From Hemiscyllium ocellatum (lineage: Eukaryota): a DNA stretch of 64,000 nucleotides. Below, in pieces: positions 51,011 to 64,000 of the stretch. The notes below the pieces were generated by a model, which saw only the letters and a program-made list of their open reading frames with translations, was not told the DNA's origin and did no database searches. Each line of letters opens with the position of its first letter. Positions within the stretch are counted from its first letter, which is position 1. A program made the translations under genes and the position numbers. The stretch covers positions 25,593,575 to 25,657,574 of the forward strand of contig NC_083425.1 in NCBI RefSeq assembly GCF_020745735.1, read 5' to 3'.

Positions 51011-52290
51011 AGATAAATAAAATGCTCTCAATTATTATTTTACAAAGTGAAAAAATACCTAGACCAATGGAAAAAATTTCTCTATATTTAGGAAATTATT
51101 TTTGTTTTTCCCCATTGAAATGGAAATTCAATGATTAAAAGTTGATAGAATATATTATCACAGTGATCTATATTAGTGTGAATATTGTCATAAATTAAGC
51201 AGGTATGACACATTGATAATTGATAGCCATATTATTCAGTTCTCCTATCCTCCTGCCACCTATAATGCATACACACATTGTATAGCAGTATTAACAAAAT
51301 AAGTCACAAACCACTTTGAGGAGACTTTAAAGAATTAACTTAATATCAGAGTTCACTTGAAGGTTGTTAATAGGATAAATTTTGTTCTTGAAGGGTATGA
51401 TGTCATTTGCTTTATCATTGTTTAAAACTACTTTACAAATATTAAATAAAAGCACTATAGTTATATTTGTTGTGAACAAAAAATGGATGCAAGCTGTTGT
51501 CTTGCTTCAATCAGATCCAACGTAAATTTAATCAGTCATTACAACACAGAGTGGAGATTGCATTCTGGGTGGAATTTTCTCATTCTGTTAAAATAAGAGA
51601 TAAGCATGTTAGGTGGCAACTAATACGTCAGCCTCAGTGCTGAGGAAACTCATCAATCAGCTCAATAGGCACTGATAGGCGAGAGTGAATAAGTTTTTCA
51701 ATGAATCATGAGCTTTGACACTAGTGTCCCAGGACACCAGAAGCTGCCAGCCAATCAAAGGCTGGTAGCTTCTGGGTTATAAATTTTGTAGATTAAGGCC
51801 ACTCCTTGTTGGATCTTGTAGCGAGAAAGTAAGCTCTTTTTGTATCCTCATGGGGTCAGAGGCAAAGGCAGAGGGATGCTTTCAGACATCATCCACTTGA
51901 CATCCACTTCCATGCCTCAGATTGCCCCTTTCTTGACATTATCCCCACAGGACCTGGGCCCACGTTAAGGTGGATTAGCCACCTTTTTTGCCTACCAGTG
52001 AGATAGATGGTTGGGGTGTGAGCTAATTGAGGCACTTAAAATAGCCATTATTTGAGCACTTAAGGACTATAATTGATGGCTTCTCGCTGAAAGTTTTATT
52101 AGTGAGGTAGTGAGAAGGAGGTGTGTTTCTCTTCTGGTCCAATTCTCCCAGTTATTTCCTCCTCTTGCCATTCTCACAAGATAGAGAAATTGAATTCCTG
52201 ACTTTTAGCCATAAAGAAGATTTCAAATTAAATATTAAAAACTGCCTAAACATATGCGTGGGCCAATAAAATAAAGTATATGGTGAGTGT

Positions 52291-52390
52291 TGGGGTCCCT
52301 GTAGTGCAGCATCCCTACCTCTGAGCCAGCAGGCCCGGGTTCAAATCCCACCTACTTGAGAGATGTCATAACACATCTGAACAAGTTGGT
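52291..52390 (+). mobile_element. Short tRNA-derived SINE
   Basis: B box gggttcaaatccc; homologous to 53680-53797. Confidence 0.65.
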
Positions 52391-53679
52391 ATATCACTAT
52401 CTATTGTGAATGTAAAATTGAACCACCAATCTGTTTACGTTATTACCATCTCAGTCAATTACTTTCTGGAGATGGTGGAAGACTGGAAGTGAGAATAGTG
52501 TGCACTTAAGATCATCACTGAACCTTGAAAACCTTTTTTTAATTTTTAATTTTATATTATTTAATCATCACACTGACAGAAAGTATGCTTAAGAAATTGA
52601 AAACTCCAATTTGTATTTCAATTGTTTGCCAGTGGTGTTACACATAGAACGGTGAGATTACTTTTTTTAAATCAAAATTCTATTTCACACAAGTGACTTC
52701 TAGGGAATCAGAAATCACCAAAGTACTGTATTTAGTATGTTTTGTTTTAGAAGCAACAACTTGTATTTACATAGCACTTCTACCATAATAAAATACCTAA
52801 AGATGCATTACAAGAATATTATAAAACAAAATATAACATTTAAGCCACATTAGGAGAATTAAGGTAAATGACTAAATGCTTAATCAAATACATGGGTTTT
52901 GAGTAGTGTCTTAAATGAAAAATTGAATTGGAGAGGATGCTTTTTGGTATAGAATTCCTGAGCTTTGGCATATCAGGATGTCCCAGTAGATGGTAATTTG
53001 GATCTAACAATTTTTCAAAAAATTTTTGCACAAATGGGGTTTGTGAAGAGAGCACTTTTCCTTATCTCTAGGATCTGCATTTGATTCCATACTATGCCAA
53101 TACAAAGAACTCCATCTTCTACAAAGTTCTTGATTAAACTATTACTGGCAAGATTTTAGTTGGTGCAAATTAACTCTTTATTAGAGAAAGCATATTAACA
53201 GTAAAAAGCGGCATTATTCACATTTTTGCAGCAGTGATGCATTTCTGAGATTCAGATTACATAAGATGTGACAGAAGTCATCTTTATATTACATTTGGTG
53301 CAGACAATGGATTGATCTAAGTGCTTGATTCAATGATCTTTTAAGCTATAGTACATAATAACCAGATGGTGGGCAGAACACATGTATCTCATGTCATCAT
53401 TGCTGCTGTAAGACATAAGCCATTTTGAGGCTCAGGTCTTAGCAGTATTGTGTTGCATGCGTCAAATAAGCTGTCTCCAGACTCCATTGAAAGAAAGGAT
53501 GTCAGTGCATTTAATAAGTAACTTCCAGCAGTTAGTATAAGACACAATGGTTGGGCTGCTCAATACCTTATTTCAGTTTAACATTAGAATTGCAAAATGT
53601 CCAATATGTATTTTGAAACTTTGTCACATCTTCCACTCTCATCACTGTTTCCAGCAATTCTTGATGTTGCCATCCTTTT

Positions 53680-53797
53680 GGGGTCCCTGTTGTGCAACAA
53701 TGGCAGTGTCCTTATCCTTGGACCAAGAGGCCTGGGTTTTCAAGTCCCATTCTTTTTAGAGGTGTGTAATAACATCTCTGAACAGGTTGATTAAAAA
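53680..53797 (+). mobile_element. Short tRNA-derived SINE
   Basis: gggtccctg..ctgggttttcaagtccca..aacatctctgaacaggttgatt, same family as 52291-52390. Confidence 0.65.
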
Positions 53798-56317
53798 AAT
53801 ACATTAATGCAAAAAATTAAATTTGGCATCCCATCTTAAATAGATTGATACTCGAGCCATCTATCTTAAATCCCATAATAAAATAATTGTGACCAGATTA
53901 CTAACTGAAAGGGGTGACCCACAGCAATATGCAAGCAATTAGTGTTGTATTACAGCAGATGGTTACAGCTAAAAGTAACCTAAATATACAAAAATATATT
54001 CGGAAATGTTTCATTCCTTGCACTTAGGATCCTAAATTAATTGTATTGTCTATTCTTTCATCTTGGAGACTGTATTTGTCAAAAAAAGAACAAAAGTGGT
54101 CTCTCTTTGATAAAAGGTGTTCTTTCACCTTTGGAATTTAGATTTTCGCTATACCTGGAGGGTGTTATGAAAATGTATTTTTCGCTGGCTGCCCAAACTT
54201 CCATCATAGAATTTAATGCTACCAACAAGAAATTTAAAGAAAAAAAATCCCTTGGTGCAAATAATGGCCAAAAGGAGAATAGCAACTGCAAATGTTAACC
54301 AGTCATTTTTTTCTTATGATATTTGTGATCTTTATATAAAGAAGTGTTTCTATATATTTTCTTAAAATGTCTGAAATGGTACAATTGTTTTTAATCCTAT
54401 GTAATTCAAAATCATGAAGAAAAGTGCATTATTTTAGAAATCAATTTTCTGAAGTAGCAAACTATGTCATTCTTTAGTTTTAATTCTGTGCAATGAATGG
54501 CAGATATGTCAATATGATAGGTCCAAACGGAGGGATGTTCATCGACATATTATTTCATCTTCATGTGGTAAATCTGACTTTTAATCAGCCTGTAAAATAT
54601 CAATGAAAAAGACTGCCCCTACTCTTTTGCCTATGTTCACTTTATGTTTTAATGCTGAGTCCAAAGGTCCGAGCCAGTTTTATGAAAACTAACACCATTC
54701 ACATGCTTGTGACATTTTCTGCTATGTGGTAGAAATCCTGCTCTGAAATGTAGACTTAAATATTGCTTTGTCCTTTTCCATTATCAGTTAAAAGTGTGAA
54801 TTTTCGCAATTATGTTTGTTTTTATGGATCTGTATATTTGCATCATTCTTTAGTGGTTTAAGCTCTTTATAGTTAATCCTTTGCCAAAGTCATGCCAAAT
54901 TTGTGCTGTCTATAAAAATGTTATTGTTTCATTCGTGTTTCTCTGTACACAGTACTTTGCCGTTGTGAGATTTTTTTCTGATATGCCTTGTTCATGATGT
55001 TTGAATACATTAGATTTATCTTTGTTTTCCTACTCCCTGATGTTTGGCTTTATTATAAATCTCAGGTTAATAGAGATATTTGTCAATACATTGAACATTT
55101 CTTACACATTATACAGTTATAGAAAATTGAAATACATTTTGAGGCTAATACTTTAAATATTTCTTCAAGGAAAGACATATAAATATTTGTTTATTTTTCT
55201 TGAATGATTATTCCTTTGAGAAAATATTGGGGCATGAAAAGAATGTTTTCTATATTCTGATATGTTGGTAAGTATCAAGATAATGTCTACATCTGCAGGG
55301 AGGCCTGAAGAAATTCGTAATTGCTATGCTAACCTTCTTTGCATATAACTTTGGTGATTCTATAGAGTTGATGAACTATAGTAAGGATTCTGATATATGT
55401 GATTACAAAGTTTGCGATGTTTTTTGTTTTATATGTGGCTGAGAAGAACGTAATTTCTATTCAACATAAGCACAGAGCTGGTTAAGATGATGTCTGTGAC
55501 ACAAATAGAAGGGGCTTTAAAGAATATAACAGCTAAGAGCAGGAGTAGGTAATTCAGCCCTTCGATTCTGCTCCGCTGTGTATTATAATCATGGCTGATC
55601 TCATCTCATCCTTAACTCCACTCTTCTGCCTGCACTCCATAACCCTTCAATTCATTGCTAATTAAAAATCTGACCATCTCCTCCTGTCTATTATTCAGTT
55701 TTAATTGAATTGACAAACCTCGGACAAGAGCTATCCTTAAAAAAAAGCATTCACATCTTGCATGGAGTGCAAGATGGAAAACATTTGATTGACAACTTTT
55801 TTAATGAAAAGATGTAGGGAAATAACAAATATTTCATAAACTGAGCACCCTGCTTGAGTTCATTGCATAGTTAGTTTGGTCCAATTTTAATGCAATTTAC
55901 ATAGAGATACAGGTGATATTTCATTTATATCTGAGCAGTCTACATGTGCAGCATGTACAAAATTTTATTTGCAACACCAAAACATATTTCCTATTTGCAC
56001 TCGTTAAATTTATAGAATTATAAATGTCATGTATAACCTGTAAGCTATTACACTCTTCCTGTGGTTTCTGCCATTTACAAACTATTTCTGTCAAAAGGTT
56101 TGGAGGCATTTGTTCATTCTTGCACCATTATCTTACATTTACAAGTGAAAAGTTTAAAATTGTGCCACATTAGTAGCATGCAATCAAAATCTACATCTTG
56201 GAGGAGATTTTCCCTTGCAGATGGTAACACATCAGGTTCAATTTTTGACAGGTCACCTCTCATATGCAATTGTAACTTGTGAATCTGAATTGACGGCAAT
56301 GAAATTCAATAGTGAGA

Positions 56318-56330
56318 AATAAATAATAAA
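56318..56330 (+). terminator. Candidate distal polyadenylation signal
   Basis: AATAAAtAATAAA followed within ~40 nt by tgtttcatttc..gttttgttg. Confidence 0.35.
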
Positions 56331-58191
56331 GTGAACCCCAAATGTTTCATTTCAAGGCTAGTTTTGTTGCACAAAGAAGTCAGCATTTATTATTCAGGAT
56401 AGCCATTTCCAATGCCACATCTCTCATCAGCAACATCCAATCCGGCACTTAGCTTGCTATATCTTTGCAGCAACATTTTTGGAAGTTTACGCAATATGAC
56501 CTCTGTTTAGAAGACCATGTATTCATACAGTATTATTTAAGTAGCATTTGCTTTCATTCCATCAATGTTTTCCCCATCTACTGCGTGCACTAACTTAGGG
56601 AAAAATAAAGTCTTAAGGATATGAGCAATTCTCCAGCAGCTTAATAATGAACTACTTTTATCTGAACCTGGACAATGAAGCTAATTCTATTCTCGCAATC
56701 CTGGAATTACCTCCCTAAGGACATTGTGGGCCAACCTACAGAACTTGGACTGCAGCAGTTCAAGAAAACAGCTAACCTTCTCAAGAGCAACTAGGGACAA
56801 GCAATAAATCCTGGACAGCCAGCGATGCCCATGTCCCACAAGTGAATGAGAAAAAACAATGTCCACATATTCATACTTTCCTTGATAAATATCTAAAATA
56901 AGATCTACCCCAGTTTCTTTCAACTGTAATGGAATGCAAGGGTAATTTGATAATTATTTGAGGTGTTATTTGTTAATTAAATGCAGGAAAATTTCAGCAA
57001 CAAAAATACCTCCATGATGATAAGTTTGTTGATCTCTTCATTATAGTTTTGGTTCCCGTTACTAGTGTTCCATTACATACAACAATATTTTAGATTGCAG
57101 GAATTATGAACAGTTACATTTTCAAAGAATAGCTTAATTAAAAGCTCACACGCAAATTTAGTTTCAAAATTACTATGAGATCATTAGAATAGAAATTTGA
57201 CCAGACTTTTCCCAATCATTTGAAAATCTGACCAGGACCAAATTTGAAAAGTGCACATTGGGTCAGCTAACCCCTTCTCGCCCCTGACAACCTTTACAAG
57301 GATGGGATTTGCATTCAAGAGGATATTACATGATTATTTAAATAGAGACACAATGTGCAGGATAACAGGAAAAGACATAAGATTGGCATTAAGTCTAAAA
57401 ACTCAGAGAGCCAGTACAGGCATGATGAGCCAAATGGCCGTTGTTGGCATTGTAACAATTCTGTGATTCTGTTGAGTGCAAAAGAGTCTACCTGTGGGAA
57501 GCAGCAGACTGAGCCCATTAATGAGCCCACTAGCAAAAAAATGTTACTACTATACTGCAGTCAGGTCGTGTCCTGACACCTGAGCACTCAAATGAACTGG
57601 AGGCAGTGTTCCAATGGTTAGCCTAGTTGGGAGCATTCATGCATGCTTCCTTTCCATCACAGATCTAGTGCAATGTGACAGGCACTGCAGCATTCCTGTT
57701 CACACTGTTAGTCTGGCAATTGTAGTTGTGAGGAATTAGTTTTAACATTTTACAAAGCTGCAAAAATAACATTCCCCATTTTGAAATGTCCTCAAGATCT
57801 CCATTTATCCCAAGAGCACCTAACTCCCAGCGGAGCTGCCAGACAGCTTTCATTTTGGGCATCCCTTTTCATTGATCAGTTCACCATTCATTTCTGGATC
57901 GAGTCCTCACAGGTGGCTTCTTGATTCACTCCTCCTCAATAATTATGAACGATATCCCTGAACAGGCACTTTCCAGGTTTCAATTCCTGAATTGAGGTCA
58001 ACATTAGAATCTGGACCCAACCTGGAAAATTGAGCCCATTACAATTTACAATGAATTATCATTCAGAATTGAACATTTGGCACTGTACTAGAGGTATCAA
58101 AATTTGAATTTTAAATGATTAATTTATCACAGCCAGTTCATAATGTAATCAGATTGCCACAATACTGAGGCTTTTGTGACTGGAATTCAAG

Positions 58192-58535
58192 ACTAAATCA
58201 TGAGAGGCATAGATAAAGTGAATTGCCAACATTTTTTCCTTGGAGTAGAGGATTACAAAATTAGGGCAGAGATTTAAGGTGAGAGGGGAAAGATTAAAGT
58301 GACCTGGGGGAGGGGCAACATTTTCACACATGGTGGTGCATAAATGGAACAAGTTGCCAGAGGAAGTGGTAGAGACGGATACAATTACAATGTTTATAAT
58401 GCATCTGGATGGGTACATGAATAGGAAGGGTTTGGAGAGATCAGGGCGAAACACAGGCAAATGGGACTAATTTGGTTTAGGAAAACTGGTTGGCATGGAA
58501 ACATCTGGCCGAAGGGCCTGCTTCTGTGCTGTATT
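58192..58535 (+). mobile_element. CR1 3' end
   Basis: MRGIDKVN..WNKLPEEVVE; tail ggccgaagggcctgcttctgtgctgta. Confidence 0.85.
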
Positions 58536-59544
58536 ATTATATACATCTGACTAGGTTTGTTAATGATAGCAAGTAATGTGAATATTTATCATACAATCGT
58601 GAGAAAGTTATAATTCAAGACAACTGGATACTGAGCCAGAGTTCAATTATGCTGACTTATATTTAAGAAAACTTGTACAGAAAGCAATAATTAGACTTCT
58701 GGACTCTGGTGTCCAGTCATGTTAATCTGAAGCTGCCCTTTTTAGCAGAAAATTGAAGATGGCATGGAAATTGTAAAGGCAATGTTTGCCTAAGGGTTAT
58801 ATCTGCATCAAAATCCATTGACCATCAAATATGATGTTTAGACTGGCTCTGGCATGTTTACAATTCTTTTAAATTGGGTTAACAATTTTTTTTAATTGGG
58901 TTTAAACTAGTGAAGAGGGAGGACCATAGTTGATGAGAATTTATACATCAGCTTTATTATTACATGCAGACCTCTGGTTAGGTGTCTCAATTTGTTACAG
59001 TTCCAAGCAGAATACCCAAATTGTTAGCTCCTGAGTGAGCAGAGATATACTGGCTCCTTTATTTAATCTGCCCCTTGGTTGGTTGTAACAAGGTTAATTT
59101 AAAAACAAGTCCCTTCCTTTTTGGATAACTTTTCCTCAGAGCCAAATTAACTTTCGGTTTTAAAAGGAGCCAATTTAACCAGGCTTTTGCGTTGATAAAA
59201 ACTGAGTTTATTAATTATTAAACATGAAAAGAATTTAGGAATGCAACACACATAAACACAGATTAGAAATAACAGATGAGTCCTAAAAGGTAAAAGTTTT
59301 TAAAGAACAGACACAAAGATCATTCTCTGAAGTGTGAAAAGTGGTTAGTTGAACATTGTAGACTTTGCAGTGGAGGTTACCAGTAATGTAGACATTGGCA
59401 CCCGAACAAGATTCATTTCAAGATTCTTAATTTTGCAGGTTGGTTGAGATTCTGTTCTAATTTCTTTTGACTGTGGCTGAAGTCCAGCATTTAGGATGAG
59501 AAGGATGTTGTCCTGGTTCCTTTTGTCTGGCTTACTAGCGAGCT

Positions 59545-61936
59545 CAACACACGGCGAGACGTCGAACAATTCTTCCGCTGCTTTCGCCTCCGCACCTACT
59601 TCTCCAACCAGGACTTCCGCCCACTCTCTGACGACCCCTTCTCCTGCCTCCAACACACCCCATCCACCTGGACACCCCGTGCTGGCCTCTTACCTGCCCT
59701 CAATCTCTTCATAGCCAACTGCCGCCGTGACATTGACCGCCTCAACCTCTCCACCCCTCTCACCCACTCCAACCTCTCACCCTCGGAACGTGCAGCCTTC
59801 CACTCCCTCCGCTCCAAACCCAACCTCACCATCAAACCGGCAGACAAGGGAGGCGCGGTGGTAGTTTGGCACACCAATCTTTATGTTGCTGAGGCTAAAT
59901 GCCAGCTTGCGGATGCCTCCTCCTACTGCCCCCTTGACCATGACCCCACCTCCCACCACCAAACCATCATCTCCCAGACCATCCATAAACTCATCACCTC
60001 AGGGGATCTCCCATCCACTGCCTCCAACCTCATAGTCCCACAACCCCGCGCCGCCTGTTTCTACCTCCTGCCCAAAATCCATAAACCTGAATGCCCCGGC
60101 CGACCCATTGTCTCAGCCTGCTCCTGCCCCACCAAACTCATTGCTGCATACCTAAGGGCATAAGGGGGGTCCTGTCCCCATTAGTCCAAGAACTTCCCAC
60201 CTACGTTCGGGACACCACCCACGCCCTCCATCTCCTCGATGATTTTGTTTCCCCTGCCCCCAACGCCTTATCTTCACCATGGACATCCAGTCCCTATACA
60301 CCTGCATCCCCCATCGTGAAGGCCTCAAAGCCCTCTGCTTCTTCCTTTCCCACCAAATTAACCAGTACCCTTCCACTGACACTCTCCTTCGACTGACTGA
60401 ACTGGTCCTCACTCTGAACAACTTCTCCTTCCAATCCTCCCACTTCCTCCAAACCAAAGGAGTAGCCATGGGCACCCGCATGGGCCCCAGCTATGCCTGC
60501 CTCTTCGTTGGATATGTGGAACAGTCCATCTTCCACAGCTACACTGGCATCACCCCCCCACCTTTTCCTCTGCTACATTGATGACTGTATCGGCACAAAC
60601 TCGTGCTCCCACGAGGAGGTTGAACAGTTCATCCACTTTACTAACACCTTCCACCCGACCTCAAATTTACCTGGACCGTCTCAGACTCCTCCCTCCCCTT
60701 CCTAGACCTCTCCATCTCTATCTCGGACGACCAACTCAACACGGACGTATACTATAAACCGACTGACTCCCACAGCTACCTAGATTACACTTCTTCCCAC
60801 CCTGCCCCCTGTAAAAACGCTATCCCATATTCCCAGTTCCTTCGCCTTCACCGCATCTGCTCCCAGGAGGACCAGTTCCAATACCGAACAACCCAGATGG
60901 CCTCCTTCTTCAAAGACCGCAATTTCCCCTCAGACGTGGTTGACGATGCTCTCCACCACATCTCCTCCATTTCCCGCTCCTCCGCCCTTGAACACCACCC
61001 CTCCAATGATCACCAGGACAGAACCCCACTAGTCCTTATCTACCACCCCACCAACCTCCAGATACATCGGATCATCCTTCGTCATGTCCGCCACCTCCAA
61101 ATGGACCCCACCACCAAGGATATATTTCCCTCCCCATCCCTATTAGCATTCCGGAAAGACCACTCCCTCCGCGACTCCCTTGTCAGATCCACACCCCCCA
61201 CCAACCCAACCTCCACTCCTGGCACCTTCCCCTGCAACCGCAAAAAATGAAAAACTTGCACCCTCATCTCCCCCCTCACTTCCGTGCAAAGCCCCAAGGG
61301 ATCCTTTAGTATCCATCAAAAATTCACCTGCACCTCCACATACATCATTTACTACATTTGCTGCACCTGATGTGGCCTCCTATACATTGGGGAGACAGGC
61401 CACCTATTTGCGGACGTTTCAGAGAACACTTCTGGGACACCCGCACCAACCAACCCAACCGCCCCGTGGCTGAACATTTTAACTCCCCTCCCACTCTGCC
61501 AAGGACATGCAGGTCATTGGCCCCCTCCATCGCCAGACCATGGCAACACAATGCCTGGAGGAAGAGCGACTCATCTTCGCCTAGGAACCCTCCAACCACA
61601 AGGGATGAATGCAGATTTCTGCAGCTTCCTCATTTCCCCTCCCCCCACCTTTTCTCAAACTCAGACTCAGCACCACCTTCTTGACCTGCAATCTTCTTCC
61701 CGACCTCTCCATCCCCACCCCCTCTCTGGCCTATCACCCTCACCTTAACCTCCTTCCACCTATCACACTCCCAACGCCCCTCCCCCAAGTCCCTCCTCCC
61801 TACTTTTATCTCAGCCTGCTTGGCACACCCTCCTCATTCCTGAAGAAGGGCTTATGCCCGAAATGTCGATTCTCCTTCTCCTTTGATGCTGCCTGACCTG
61901 CTGCGCTTTTCCAGCAACACATTTTTAAGCTTTTTT
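59545..61936 (+). mobile_element. Penelope-like element (family C): RT + GIY-YIG endonuclease + pLTR, 5'-truncated and frameshifted
   Basis: IKPADKGGAVVVW, LPKIHKPECPGRPIVS, MDIQSLYTCIP, GVAMGTRMGPSYA, YIDD, IIYYICCT*CGLLYIGETG..RFREH. 14-bp TSD cttactagcgagct at 59531-59544 and 61937-61950. Confidence 0.95.
61836..61871 (+). ncRNA. Minimal type-I hammerhead ribozyme motif, catalytic core intact (family C)
   Basis: attc-CTGAAGA(61840-46)-a-gggc ttat gccc-GAAA(61860-63)-tG-TC-gatt; predicted cleavage after C61867. Confidence 0.75.
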
Positions 61937-62929
61937 CTTACTAGCGAGCTTGCTGCTAACACTCAGAGTGCGAGATTCCTTTTACCTCTGATACACGGAT
62001 GACTAAGGAATAGCTTTTCAACTGTGATGTTCACAGTACATTAATGATTGAACCTAGGCTAGTACACATGGGTACCTTTAGCTACTGGCACACTCTGGTA
62101 GAGTTGAAATGGGCATTTTAACTCCTGTCATTGTGTATTCTTCAAAGGGAAAACATAAGATGTATCTGCAGTTTGGGACATAATCCACAAGGGTTGTCTT
62201 GCTGTTGAGCAGGAGGTCCCCAATCCCTTGTTATTTTTTTAACTGCAAGAGATCACAGTAGGGTTGGTATTTGAAGTTTCCTTCACATATTCACATGTAA
62301 CATTCTGTGGGTCTCACTCCAAGACTGTAACTTTATTTACATCTACAATTATTTTTATTTGTATCAGCCCTCCTTTAAAAAACACATTTTGGAATTATCG
62401 ATTAAAAATGTCCATAGAACTTTGTAATTCTGGCCCATGGTCATGACAGTAATAGTACAGTTTATTTTTCTTCATATTCTCTGGCACTTACTCTCTGCAG
62501 TTTCTTTGCTGAAGTGGATAATTGTGGTGAGCATAATTCCATGGAGCTCAGACTACCTGTTGCACTTTGAAGAAGTCACTTTTATTCAAAGGAGTCCTGC
62601 AGTATTTATCAGCAGCTTATTCAACTATGATGGGCAAAAGGCATACATATGCCTGCATTTTCATTTGGTATAAATGGATAATGACTAAATGTGGATACCC
62701 AGAATGGATCCTATTCTCTAACTTGGGAATACTGACAACTACTCCAAAGCTCTTATTGCCATCCCTAATAGGACGATAGTTGGTTAATACATCTCAACAA
62801 TATAGGCCATCATGGTGGTGAGTGTGGAGGCAGGGGATTTTCTGGTGCCAATATAGAAATGTGAACCTTATTATAAATTTTGCATAAATAAAGTAGTTCA
62901 AGTATCAATTGCTAATATGAGCTACTCAG

Positions 62930-64000
62930 ATTTCATTTCAAGATTGGTGGAAAAGGTTGCCAATGAACTCTTGTTTTAAAATTACATTATGAATGATGGT
63001 CAGTGTGTGGAAAATCCAAATAAAAAAGTGCAAGGGACAGCATCAACCTCTGTACACATCCTTCTTTGATCTCACAAAGGCTTTCAACATTAAATGCTAC
63101 TTCTCCCAAGTACAAGAGATAATCTGAGCTCCATGGAATATCCTCTTCAAATTCAGCTCCCTGCAGAAATTTGCCACCATACTCCACCTGCTTCATGATG
63201 GCATGCAAGTCATAATTCTCACCAACAGATCTACCATAGACTCCAAATACAAGGGCAACCTGGGATCAAGCAGGGCTCTATCATTGCACCAACACTCTTC
63301 TCCATTTTCCTGTTCCAACAGTCCATCACATCTCCATGAAGTTCCCTGCCAGAGTGGAGCAAACCTACAAGATGAGTGGGAAGCTGCTCAACCTTTGGCA
63401 TGCCCAGAACCAAGACCACCTCAATTTCTATGATCGAGCTGCATTCACAGATGATGCCACATGTGCACACACTCAGAGGCTGTGCTACAAACTGTCAGTG
63501 GCACATTTACCAAGGCCTATGAGAAAATGGGCCTCTGTCTAAACATCTGAAAAACAAAGGTTGTCTACCAGCCCTTAACTGCTCCTGCAGCACAACACTG
63601 CCCTCAACCCATCAAATGGTGAGCCCCTGAACAATGTGGATCATTTCTTATATCGCAGGAGGCTCTTCTCAGTGCGAGCAGACATTGTGATTTAAATCCA
63701 ACATTAGCTCCAGTGTTCCAGTGCAGCTTTCAGATGTCTGAGAAACTGAGTGTTTGAAGTCCAACACCTTGAGCACAGCACTAAGCTCATGTCAACAGTG
63801 GAGCCGAGGACCTCACCCTCAGAACAACTTGTAACTCAAATCTCTTGAGAGTTTTCACCAGCCGTACCTTCGCAAAATCCTGCGAATCCACTGGTAGAAT
63901 AGGCACACCAATGTAATTGTACTCTTCCAGACCAATATCCCCAGCATTGAGCATGCAATAGTTGGCCCACATTGCCCACATACCCAATACAAGACCCCCT
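62930..64000 (+). mobile_element. Old RTE-clade LINE RT fragment (runs off window)
   Basis: FFDLTKAF.., LHLLHDGMQ, QGSIIAPTLFSIF, FTDDA (decayed YADD), FHQPYLRKILRIHW. Confidence 0.75.

Larger units (their letters stand above)
46466..56345 (+). other. SDK2: Putative SDK2 3'UTR (end undetermined)
   Basis: Follows the stop codon, AU-rich and devoid of young LINEs. Tandem AATAAA at 56318-56323 and 56325-56330 with downstream U/GU-rich sequence, but earlier AATAAA hexamers also exist. Confidence 0.4.

Noticed and set aside
51565-52200. Non-autonomous DNA transposon with GG..AATTT termini (similar blocks near 23040, 29720 and 57240-58040)
   Set aside because: The termini are too decayed to define TIRs or a TSD by eye.
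48627-54495. miRNA seed matches (ACCAAAG miR-9, TGCTGCT miR-16, GTGCAAT miR-92) in the putative UTR
   Set aside because: 7-mers are expected by chance over 10 kb; no conservation data.
58993-62448. Solo LTR (TGTTACA...TGTAACA or ..TGACA) hosting the Penelope element
   Set aside because: The termini are suggestive, but I found no matching TSD at either candidate end.

Overview
This is vertebrate genomic DNA, AT-rich and CpG-depleted, not prokaryotic. The repeat complement (HE1-type V-SINE, abundant CR1, L2 and Penelope elements) points to a shark; this is an inference. The only host gene is the 3' end of sidekick-2 (SDK2) on the + strand. It comprises the tail of the penultimate exon (1-26, ..KPSLSDSQ|GT), a 46-kb phase-0 intron (27-46084), the terminal coding exon (46085-46465, GSDSECEVD...GFSSFV*) and a repeat-poor ~10 kb that may be a long 3'UTR. 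Most other ORFs in the track are retrotransposon fragments or noise. The most notable signal is a set of three unrelated Penelope-like (GIY-YIG) retroelement families. Each carries a minimal type-I hammerhead ribozyme motif (stem I-CUGANGA-N-stem II-GAAA-palindromic stem III-UH-stem I) with family-specific covarying stems. A near-complete parent element (59545-61936) has small TSD-flanked fold-back derivatives whose junctions cluster on the ribozyme, one starting exactly at the predicted cleavage site. Every sense-strand copy inside the SDK2 intron has a broken catalytic core, while the copy beyond the gene keeps it. All calls were made by eye from the sequence; no searches were run, and boundaries of old repeats are approximate.
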